Below are positions 9,146-17,716 of a DNA stretch of 44,718 bases, in pieces. Position 1 is the stretch's first letter. Each line of letters opens with the position of its first letter. Source of the DNA: Phycisphaerae bacterium. GTDB taxonomy: Bacteria > Planctomycetota > Phycisphaerae > UBA1845 > Fen-1342. The translations under genes were made by a program, and so were the position numbers. Location: the NCBI GenBank assembly GCA_963675745.2, contig CAXXWX010000011.1, forward strand, positions 1 to 44,718. Direction: 5' to 3'. The notes under the pieces are model-generated. The model made no database searches, was not told where the DNA came from, and was given only the letters and a program-made list of their open reading frames with translations.

Positions 9146-10921
9146 TTAGGGCGCGAAGGACTTCATTGCCGCCACGATCTCCGGCCCCTTGATTTCCTTG
9201 TTGCTCGAGCCCTCCCTGCGGTACGCCGCTTCGCCAACGAACGACAGCGCCGCTTGTTTCGGTATCCGGATGCGTACTACAGTAAGGCCGCCGGTAGTCA
9301 CCGGCTCCGTGTTAGCCAGTATGTCACCCTTCAGGGGCTCACTCAATCCGCAATTCTGAAATATGCTGACGATCCGCTGGACGTACTGCTCAAGCGATAT
9401 GTTTTGGATCGCCGCTTCTCGTTCGAGACCTACGATGTACCGGTCGCCGACCGCCTTAGCAGTGACTCCGTCGAGCGTTTCGATACGCTTCGCATCATCG
9501 TCCTTGTCAGCAACTCCTATGTAAATGAACCCATCAGCTTCCGGCCCAATGTTCGCGATGGCACAGACGGTTTGCACGAGCTTCAGCGGAAGCTCCGCGT
9601 CTTGATCCCTCGCCTCGTCTAGGCGGAGCAAGCCCTGTTTGAGCTCATAGCGGGGCGCCTCGATGCGCGACCTCCGAATGGCATTCTCCAGGTCAAGAAC
9701 GAGTGAGGGGCCATGGCCCAACGCTGGGGGCTCCTTCTTCACGAAATACCTTGCTATAAGCCCCTTCGTTAGATCAATATTCTTGGTACGGTTCTCCGTC
9801 GTTTCGTAATGGGCTCCCTTTGTGAGCTTCGTATCAAGTCCGTCAAGCGCCTTCAGGATCGCCCTGGCATCGTCCGGAGTCTCCTGCTGTCGCACGACCA
9901 AGTCAAAAAACGCCATGAAGATCGCGTAAAAGGGAGCCTTGATTGGATATGCCGTTCCCGGTCGTACTGTTTTTCGTAGGTAGTTGCGATCCGGTGAGAC
10001 CGCCTCTATGACCTCGCGTAGCACAGAAAACGTCGCTTTGATCTCATATGCAAGGCGATCCTCACCATAGGACACAAGGCACTGCTCCAAACGCTTGCCG
10101 TCGTCGGAGTCGGAGTCGTATAGAATGTCGAGGAGCTCCTTGCTCATGGCGAGTGGCGCCTCAAGCAGGACAGACGCGGCGATATCCGCAAGTGTCTGCT
10201 CGTCCTCGCTTTCCTTGACCTGCTTTACAGAGAGGATTCCCTGTTTGCACCATGGCGTATCTTCTGCCGTGATCCCATATCCGTGCGGCTCCTTGGCAGA
10301 TTCGACACTGATTTCTGGCATGTCGGGTAGAGGTACTATGTCCTTCGACACGTCACCGCGAATCTCGCAGGCTAGCGAGCGAATTAGTGAACTGAATCGC
10401 GTCGTAACGCCAGCCTGTCGCTGCTCCTGTGCGCTAAGTTGGCGGCCGTTGGCGTTGATCCGCCCAAAGACCTCAGTAACAGCCGTGGAATCGGAAGTGG
10501 GGTAGACGGTGATTGCAAGTTGATAGTCAAGGACGGACGATCATTCACGCTGTGATAGGAATGGACCATCCGTCTGAGCCGTGAAAACGCCCTTCTCTGC
10601 AAGCTGGCGTGCCCTGGCAAATTCCCGAACGTCGAAGTATTTGTCGTCGATAGCGAACCCGTTCTCAATGAAGCCGAATACGGCATTGAAGCGCTGAATG
10701 CCGTCTATTATTTCATAGCTCTTCGAACCGCCGGCGTTTGGTCGCTCTGCGAGTAAGATCAGAGGAATGGGAAAGCCCCGAAGTATGCTATCGATGAGGC
10801 GCTGTTTCTCCTCAATCGACCACACGAGCTTACGTTGATAGCGTCTGTTGACCAGAAGGCGCCCGTCGCGATATTCGCCGTATAGCGTCTGTACGCTCTT
10901 GCCCTGCGGTACCACGGACAT
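9146..10921 (-). pseudogene. DUF262 (GmrSD-like) plus C-terminal Schlafen/AlbA_2 protein, interrupted by in-frame TGA at 10543-10541
   Basis: GAGGAG RBS and ATG 10921. DUF262 motifs VNRRYQRKLVW, IDSILRGFPIP, IIDGIQR; after the TGA the same frame gives VFGRINANGRQLS. C-terminal ELKQG...CAIAN...GFIYIGVAD is AlbA_2-like. Confidence 0.8.
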
Positions 10922-11142
10922 TCCGCACTCCTCGTGTGGCAACTGCCGCATTCACTGGTCGCTGGGCGCGAATCGCGCAGCGGCTCGCGGAGGTGCAGTC
11001 TGATGGTGAAACGAGATCGTAGCACAACATGACCGGGCAGGCTACTGCGCCGGAACCTACAGGGCCGCAGCGTTCGGGCGGAGTTGCTGGGAGTCCCTGC
11101 CGTTTGATGGTGCTGATCGCGCGACGACAGACGGCGCGAACG

Positions 11143-12846
11143 CTATGGTCTCACCGCCCGCACGCAATCAATCACCGTCCCGTCCACCCATTTGATCGCG
11201 GCGATGATTTGGTCGCTTAGCTTTGGCTTGGCCGGCGGGCCGCCGCACATTTTGTCTACTTCCGCTTTGATCTCTTCGATCGGGCGGATGGGCAGGCCGC
11301 TACCTTTGGTGGCGTCGAGCAGATCCTGGCGGCGGGGGTTGATGGCTATGCCGCGTTCGCAGACGACCACGTCTATAAGCTCGCCGGGGCCGACCAGTGT
11401 GGTCACCTCATCGACAATCACCGGGATGCGGTCGCGGACGGCCGGGATCGGCAAAATCACGCAACGGCCGTGCAGGCAGTTCTGCCAGCCGCCGATGCCG
11501 TGCAGCAGTTGACCGTCGGAGTGGGTCACGACATTGGCGTTGAAGTTGACGTCGACTTCGGTAGCGCCAAGCACAACCGCGTCGAGAAAGGTCGCGAAAC
11601 AGCCTTTGCCGTGCCAGTTGTAGCTGGTGAAGGGGCTGGTGTTTTGATGGGCGGCGTTCTCGCGCATGCTGCGCACGCCGTCGAGGTCGAACGTCTGCCC
11701 GTCGAGGATGTAATCGGTAAGGCCCTCTTCGAGCATCTCGACCAGATACTTGGTGCTGCCGCCGCGGACGAAACGCGCCTTGACGCCGGCGTCTTTCATC
11801 ATCTCCTTGAGATAGATCGCGAAAGCGAGCGACGTACCGCCGGCGCCGGCCTGGAACGAAAACCCGTCGCGCATGATGCCCGCGTCACGAACAAACTTCG
11901 CGGCGAGCTCGGCGATCAACATGCGGTCCGGGCTGCGCGTGAGCTGCGTCGTACCACTGACGATCTGGGCCGGCTCGCCGATTTTCTCCAGCACGACCAC
12001 CTGATCGACGTTGTTGCCCTGAAGCTGCCACGGGATGCACGGGAACGGCACAAGATTGTCCGTCACGGCGATGACGTGGTCGGCATAGAGCGAGTCAACC
12101 AGTCCAAACCCGAGCAGGCCGCACGCCGACGGCCCGGTGACGGCGTTCGCGTTGCCGAATGGATCGCACGTGGGGCAGGCCAGCACCGCAATGTCGATGT
12201 GGATCTCGCCGTCCTGCACGGCCTGCCAGCGCCCGCCGTGCGAACGCAATACACCCATGCCGCGCATCTTGCCCGTCGAGCAGTAATTGCCGATCGGTCC
12301 GTTCATCGAGCCTTCGACATGGTGAAGAACGCCCGAGTCGAGGTGCTCGATCAGCGGCTCGTGGCAGGGAAAGCATGCGCTGGGAAACCAGATCAGATCC
12401 TTGACGCCGAGTTCGGCGGCGGCCTGAAACAGCGGCACGGCGACGCGATCGCCGTTGCGAAAGTGATGGTGCGAGCTGATGCGCATGCCGTCGCGAATGC
12501 CGGCGTTCTTCAGCGCCACCTTCAGGGCTTCAACGGGAGAGTCGCAGCGTTTGGCACGGCCGGGAATCGGCGCTGTGCCACTGCTCTCGAGCGGTGCTTC
12601 CTGCGCACCGGCGGATTCGCACTGACCGGGAGCAGTGGCACACGTTGGCGCCCCATCGCGCATCGGCTGATACGACACAACCTTGTTCCCGTCTCGTGGA
12701 TAGTCGTTGCACGACCGGACGCGCGGGGCGGCCTTGTTGCCGGTCGGGGTAAACTTGCCGACGCCTTGAAAGGGAACCTGCTCCTGACCGTTGACAACGC
12801 TCGGGACCATGCGTCCGGCGGCGTTCTTGACGAGTTTGGTTGCCAT
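11143..12846 (-). CDS. citF: Citrate lyase alpha chain / citrate CoA-transferase, with about 48-aa REP-containing insertion
   Basis: GIRDGMRISSHHHFRNGD, LRSHGGR, GPSACG, FSFQAGAGG, ATEVDVNFNANV, ERGIAINP, DGTVID. Confidence 0.93.
   Translation of the reverse strand: MATKLVKNAAGRMVPSVVNGQEQVPFQGVGKFTPTGNKAAPRVRSCNDYPRDGNKVVSYQPMRDGAPTCATAPGQCESAGAQEAPLESSGTAPIPGRAKRCDSPVEALKVALKNAGIRDGMRISSHHHFRNGDRVAVPLFQAAAELGVKDLIWFPSACFPCHEPLIEHLDSGVLHHVEGSMNGPIGNYCSTGKMRGMGVLRSHGGRWQAVQDGEIHIDIAVLACPTCDPFGNANAVTGPSACGLLGFGLVDSLYADHVIAVTDNLVPFPCIPWQLQGNNVDQVVVLEKIGEPAQIVSGTTQLTRSPDRMLIAELAAKFVRDAGIMRDGFSFQAGAGGTSLAFAIYLKEMMKDAGVKARFVRGGSTKYLVEMLEEGLTDYILDGQTFDLDGVRSMRENAAHQNTSPFTSYNWHGKGCFATFLDAVVLGATEVDVNFNANVVTHSDGQLLHGIGGWQNCLHGRCVILPIPAVRDRIPVIVDEVTTLVGPGELIDVVVCERGIAINPRRQDLLDATKGSGLPIRPIEEIKAEVDKMCGGPPAKPKLSDQIIAAIKWVDGTVIDCVRAVRP
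12574..12644. repeat. Degenerate REP doublet inside citF
   Basis: TGTGCCACTGCTCTCGAGCGGTGC (12574-12597) and inverted GCACTGACCGGGAGCAGTGGCACACG (12619-12644); same family as 8616/8832/9056. Confidence 0.85.
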
Positions 12847-12967
12847 CTAGCTGTTTCCTGCGTGCCACTTCCCGGTTCGGCGCGAGCCCTGTCGCGCCCC
12901 ATTGGTAACAAGTCGCCACATTATTGCGTCAAACGCAGGATTTCGCACGAACGCCCCGACCGCCCGT

Positions 12968-12999
12968 TTCTGACTTCTGACTTCATGCTTCTGACTTCT
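12968..12999. repeat. Heptamer tandem repeat (TTCTGAC)n
   Basis: ttctgac ttctgac ttcatgc ttctgac ttct. Confidence 0.75.
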
Positions 13000-13016
13000 T
13001 CGCCCCCTGCGCGCGC

Positions 13017-13064
13017 AAAAAAGCAGCCCGCACCACCCGGGAGGAGTCGGTGGATACGGGCCGC
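13017..13064 (-). terminator. Intrinsic terminator of the sigma factor gene
   Basis: Minus strand GCGGCCCGTATCCACC...GGTGGTGCGGGCTGC followed by TTTTTT, about 50 nt after the stop. Confidence 0.8.
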
Positions 13065-13115
13065 ATCTGGCGATTCGCTAAGGCAGGTGTGTCATAACAC
13101 CTGTTGCCTGGCTCG

Positions 13116-14183
13116 TTACGCGGCGAGGACTTCCGCCTCCATCGCCGCGCGAAGTTTGTCCAGCGCCTTGTTCTGAATCTGGCGCACGCGTTCCTTGGTT
13201 ACGCCGATCAATTCGGCAACCTGTTTGAGTGTCTTCGAGCGAACGGGGCCGTCTTCGCGCGGGTCGCGGTTGAGATCGAAGCGCGCCTGCAAGACGCGCT
13301 GCTCAACACAGCTTAGACCCGCCGCGTTCAGCATCAGAACGGATTTTAGCCCGGTAACGCAATCATCAATGTCGTCCGCGCGGCGACGCTCAACACTGTC
13401 ACTTTTCTCGAGCGCGGGGTCATATTCGGTCGGGAAATGCGCCCGGTAGCGGGCGGATTTGGCCGACGAACTGGAGAAGCTGCTGAGAATCGCCCGGCAG
13501 GCGTATGTACTGAATTTGAAGCCCCGCGCGCAGTCGAACTTGTCGACGCTGCGCACCAGAGCGAGGTTGCCTTCGCAGATCAGGTCGGAGATGTCCACGC
13601 CGATGGTCCTGCTGCGCTTGGCCATGGCCGGCACGAGCGACAGGTTAGCTTCGACGATTCGCGTGCGTACGAGCTGCGCGGCCCGAGCCCACTTGATTAG
13701 TTGCCGCGCCGCGCCAGCCGTTAGGCGCCCAGCCCCACTATCTCTGACAACCCGCATGGCGCGGTAGCGGCAGTAATTCAGGCACATGAACAGTCGCTGC
13801 TCATCGGCGGCGGTCAGCGACTTCGTCGATGAAGCTGCGGGCACGCGCGGATCGCCGCCAATCACGGGGCGGGGATCGTCGTCGTCCTGCAACGGTCCCA
13901 GGAACAGCTTCTCGGCGTTGACCTTTGGAAACGCCTTGTTGTAGACGCATTCCATTGGTTCCGAGAGGACCTTCTCGAGAATTTTGACATCGCCGGCCGG
14001 CATGCGGCGTAATGTGCTTGGTATCGGCAACTTGGACTTCGGATCAAGCCTGCGCAGAGCGGCGCCGCGGGGCGGCGCCGCCTTTGCGGAGACGGTTTTG
14101 TCGGTTGCATCCGTTCGGCGTCGATTGCCCGCCGACGCCACCCGAGGATCACGCAGACCTTGTGTCCGTATAGCCTTGCTCAT
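13116..14183 (-). CDS. Sigma-70 family RNA polymerase sigma factor (alternative, RpoD/RpoS-like regions 2 and 4)
   Basis: IVEANLSLV, DLICEGNLALVRSVDKFD, GFKFSTYA, TLKQVAELIGVTKERVRQIQNKAL. AGGAG RBS. Confidence 0.92.
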   Translation of the reverse strand: MSKAIRTQGLRDPRVASAGNRRRTDATDKTVSAKAAPPRGAALRRLDPKSKLPIPSTLRRMPAGDVKILEKVLSEPMECVYNKAFPKVNAEKLFLGPLQDDDDPRPVIGGDPRVPAASSTKSLTAADEQRLFMCLNYCRYRAMRVVRDSGAGRLTAGAARQLIKWARAAQLVRTRIVEANLSLVPAMAKRSRTIGVDISDLICEGNLALVRSVDKFDCARGFKFSTYACRAILSSFSSSSAKSARYRAHFPTEYDPALEKSDSVERRRADDIDDCVTGLKSVLMLNAAGLSCVEQRVLQARFDLNRDPREDGPVRSKTLKQVAELIGVTKERVRQIQNKALDKLRAAMEAEVLAA

Positions 14184-14489
14184 GCTCTACTCCTGCCTTT
14201 CAAAGACGCTCCTCGGCGGGGAGCCGTACCGGTGTGGCCTGGTCGGCTACTCCCGCGCCAACGCCGTGGCGGAATCGAGACCAATCATGTGCTATTTCGG
14301 GTTAAATAAAATATCCCCGAAAGACCGGTCGCATCTCCGCTAGCGCCGGCAGAGCGACGAATATTGCTGGAGATTTTCAACCAACTGCCCATCAGGCGTC
14401 TCCACCTACGCTGATAGTCATACGCACTCGGAATCCCCTGGTTCGACGCCCCTGAATATAACTCGGGGTCGATTATGGGGCCCGAGAAT

Positions 14490-14508
14490 TAGTACTACAA
14501 TAGTACTA
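14490..14508. promoter_or_regulatory. Palindromic operator-like site TAGTACTA-N3-TAGTACTA
   Basis: Two self-complementary octamers 3 bp apart in the AT-richer divergent intergenic region between the sigma and TraB/GumN genes. Confidence 0.5.
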
Positions 14509-14771
14509 TAACCTAAGCCCGTCAGCTTGCCAACAGGTTTCTGAGAATATTATTGGCAAGAACCCTTAGCTGGTGTCGGACCGGGCTCTGGGCGTCCTGA
14601 GGGCGGTTGAGGCGGTTTGGCTGGCAGTTTGGCGTTGCGCAAGGCCAATAGACTGCGGCCGCCTCCGCGGCAGTCATGTTCCGATAACTATTGCGCTCGC
14701 CGCTTACGCCACTTCGCACTACACTGAGCAGCCAAACCTGCGACCCATCCCGCTCCTCGGAGGCAACACTC

Positions 14772-15806
14772 ATGGCGAATATGTTCTCACTGCCGCAAAC
14801 TCCGCTCCGCAAATACAACTGGTTGCGTTTGCTGGCACTGCCGCTGGCCTTCTTTCTGGTGCTCACGCCCGCATCGACCTACGCCGCTGAGAAGGTCAAA
14901 GGCACAACCAAGCCGCTGCTCTGGCAGATAGAGCGCGATCCGCCGGCCTACCTGTTCGGCACGATCCACCTGCCGGACAAGCGAGTTCACGCGCTGCCTG
15001 ATGTTGTCTTCGAAGCCCTTGATGGCGTCGACGCGCTCTACACCGAGCTCAAGCTCGACTCGATGGTGACGCTCAAGCTGCAAAACGCCGTCATGTTGCC
15101 GGGTAACAAGACCCTGAAAGACATGCTGCCGCGCGATGTATACGAACGTACGGCCCGGTATACCGAGGCCAAGGGCTATGACTTGAGCATGTTCAGCAAG
15201 CTCAAGGTCTGGTATGTCACCGCTCAGCTCGGCTTGCTCGACTATCTGGGTGAATTTGCCACCACACCGGCGCTGGACAAGCTGTTGTATGACCGCGCTG
15301 AAGCGGCCGGCAAGCGCCTGGGGGCGTTGGAGACGATTGAGCAGCAGGTCGAGGCGCTCGAGATTCTCGACGATAAAGAGCAGGTCGAAATGCTGAAGGA
15401 CACGCTCGACTATCTCGAAGCCGGTTTGAAGTCGGGCGAAGACCCGGTTCAGGAACTCGTGCGCGCTTACTTGTCGGGCGATCCGGAGAAGCTGGTCGAG
15501 GTCGAGCAGAAATACCTGGACCTGAACAACCCGATCCACAAGAAGTGGCTGAATGCGCTGATCACGGTGCGGAACAAGCGCATGGCCGAGCACATCGACC
15601 AACTCCTCAAAAAGCACAAGACGAAGTCATTCATGTTCGCCGTCGGGGCGCTGCATTACCCGGGTGACGATGGGCTGCTGAAGCTGCTCGACGCCGAGGG
15701 CTACAAGATCCGCCGGCTCACCGCCGACGACGCGGGCAAGCTCCCAACGGCCGATAAGGCCGAAAAGAAGCCGAAGGAGGCTGAGCCGGCCGAGGTGAGC
15801 CCGTAG
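14772..15806 (+). CDS. TraB/GumN (TIKI-like) family secreted protein
   Basis: GGAGG RBS, signal peptide ending TYA, LLWQI, YLFGTIH, LETIEQQ, RNKRMAE, FAVGALH. Confidence 0.9.
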   Translation: MANMFSLPQTPLRKYNWLRLLALPLAFFLVLTPASTYAAEKVKGTTKPLLWQIERDPPAYLFGTIHLPDKRVHALPDVVFEALDGVDALYTELKLDSMVTLKLQNAVMLPGNKTLKDMLPRDVYERTARYTEAKGYDLSMFSKLKVWYVTAQLGLLDYLGEFATTPALDKLLYDRAEAAGKRLGALETIEQQVEALEILDDKEQVEMLKDTLDYLEAGLKSGEDPVQELVRAYLSGDPEKLVEVEQKYLDLNNPIHKKWLNALITVRNKRMAEHIDQLLKKHKTKSFMFAVGALHYPGDDGLLKLLDAEGYKIRRLTADDAGKLPTADKAEKKPKEAEPAEVSP

Positions 15807-15932
15807 GGCGGTCCGCTCGACATGGGGGCATGGATGGATTGCGTGTCACATAGCGAGCGGGCGCGTCTATAATGGTGGCAGCGGCGGCGACCTCACTTCC
15901 ACCGCCGCGCCCGAGCCACAAGGGATACCGGC

Positions 15933-16808
15933 ATGTCAGGCCACCGCAATTGCCAGTGGTTGACCGCTCGGCTCCGCCGTGCCGAGGGCGGCCGGCATGC
16001 GTTTACGCTGATCGAGTTGCTGGTTGTCGTCGCGATAATCGCGCTGCTGATCTCGATCCTGTTGCCCGCGTTGCAGAATGTCCGTGAACATGCGACGCGC
16101 GTGAAATGTGCGACGAATCTGCGGCAGCACGGCGTGGCATGGACGCTGTATCTCAACGAGAGTGACGATCAGTTTCTGACACCGCCCTATACTCGGCTTA
16201 GCAACGGCAACTGGGTGGTGAATCCGCAACTCGTCTACCAATATGGCGGAAAGATAGTCACGGAGTACTGGGAAGAAATCGGCGGACGCAGAATCGGTGC
16301 GCGGCCACTGAACTTCTACTTCGGCCTCGATCCGTACGGCGTCAAAGTCGCCGAGATCTTCCATTGCCCGGGAGACAACGGCACAAAGGGCACCTGGGCC
16401 TTTGAGACGTTCCCCGATCTACATTCGGTGTACGATTACCAGGGGAATTCATATCCGCTAAACGGCTGGCTCGCCGGGATGTTCTCCAACTTCACCGGCG
16501 ACGCCGCTTATCTGGCGGATGTGTATCCGGATATATTCGCCGGGCGCAGGACGGCGTTACGTTTGGCCGAGATCGAGGTTCCCTCATCAAGCTATATCGT
16601 CAGCGCCGACCGCCAGTGGACATTTGCCAACCGTGAGAGCACGAATTACTCCGCATTATGGCACGGGGATGATCCGCGGCGCGTGAATACTCTGTTCCTC
16701 GATGGGAGCGTCGAGTTCGTGCGTTACGAGATCAACGTCGACCAGACATCGCGCTACAGCTACCGCACCAAGTGGGAACCGCCGCCTCCGCCCGAAGAGG
16801 GTGGCTGA
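15933..16808 (+). CDS. Prepilin-type N-terminal cleavage/methylation protein (planctomycete DUF1559-like)
   Basis: [39 protein letters not shown]...NTLFLDGSV. Confidence 0.9.
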   Translation: MSGHRNCQWLTARLRRAEGGRHAFTLIELLVVVAIIALLISILLPALQNVREHATRVKCATNLRQHGVAWTLYLNESDDQFLTPPYTRLSNGNWVVNPQLVYQYGGKIVTEYWEEIGGRRIGARPLNFYFGLDPYGVKVAEIFHCPGDNGTKGTWAFETFPDLHSVYDYQGNSYPLNGWLAGMFSNFTGDAAYLADVYPDIFAGRRTALRLAEIEVPSSSYIVSADRQWTFANRESTNYSALWHGDDPRRVNTLFLDGSVEFVRYEINVDQTSRYSYRTKWEPPPPPEEGG

Positions 16809-17537
16809 CCGTTCGAATCTACGCGTTGGCCCTGATCCGCTTCCGCGCCGTTGGGCGTTGATCCACGCCTGGTGATGTGAAAGATGCGGGCTTTGAGCGT
16901 GCGCTTATCAATCGCGTCCGCTCGCGGGATCGGCTTGCACGTTATCGGCGTCGTCAGACAGTCCAGCGTTGCGTCACGAACCGCATCGACGAAACTGTCG
17001 GCACCACGCCGATTCATGTCGCTGAAATAGCCGCTGCCTCCGGGTGACAGACACGTGGCCAGCAGTGCGGCGATCGCGGGTTGCGCCGCTCTGGTGTAAG
17101 CGCAGTCCGCCGCGACGATCGTCGGGAAGTGGTCAGCGGGGGGATCGCGCCAATCCAGCAGCTTGACCTCATCCAGCCGTACGTCATTCAGCAGCGCCGA
17201 CGCCTGAATGAACGCCAGCGCATCTTCGTCGTAATCGCTGATGACGACGCGGTGGCCAAACAGTGCGAGGGCAAGGCCGGTGATGCCCAGACCAGCGCCA
17301 ATCTCCAACACCGGATCGATGATGCGCCGCGGCGGGGCCAGCAGGTAATCGGCCAGCGCTATCGGCGACCGGCCACGGCTGGGCCCAGTAGGGCATGTAT
17401 GCATCATCACGACGAGACTCGCGCAGGCGATCATTGGGACGCATCCCGAGCGGACTGGCCGGCCCGAGAACGCGCAGCGTGCGGCCGGCGATCGTGAATC
17501 GGTATTCGTGTGCGGCATGTCCGGCGATAGTCGACAT
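16760..17537 (-). CDS. SAM-dependent methyltransferase (Methyltransf_16/METTL21-like), frameshifted near 17363-17372
   Basis: One frame gives MSTIAG...MPYWAQPWP; a second gives IALADYL...[12 protein letters not shown]...SDYD...LDW...AADCAY. A single indel joins them. Confidence 0.75.
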
Positions 17538-17617
17538 GCGCCTGTCATAGCGGCGGCCAACGGGGATTGTCCAGAGGCCGACCGGCACATCGCGGTCAGC
17601 GCAGATTCCCTGCATCC

Positions 17618-17715
17618 GGGTGGCTGCAGGCGTCTCGCCTGCGTGGTCCCCAGGCGCATGGTCTCCTCACAGGCGAGACGCCTGTGCCACCCTTGGTTGC
17701 GCCACCCTTGGTTGC
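17618..17715. repeat. REP doublet (CAGGCGTCTCGCCTG core) plus 15-bp tandem duplication
   Basis: 17618-17642 and inverted 17668-17692; GCCACCCTTGGTTGC twice at 17686-17715. Confidence 0.8.
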
Positions 17716-17716
17716 G

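Noticed and set aside
11470..13176. Long + strand ORF of 568 aa (likewise 30226..31584, 34127..35695, 17567..18628, 37388..38389)
   Set aside because: Antisense shadows of well-supported genes in GC-rich DNA, with no recognisable motifs.
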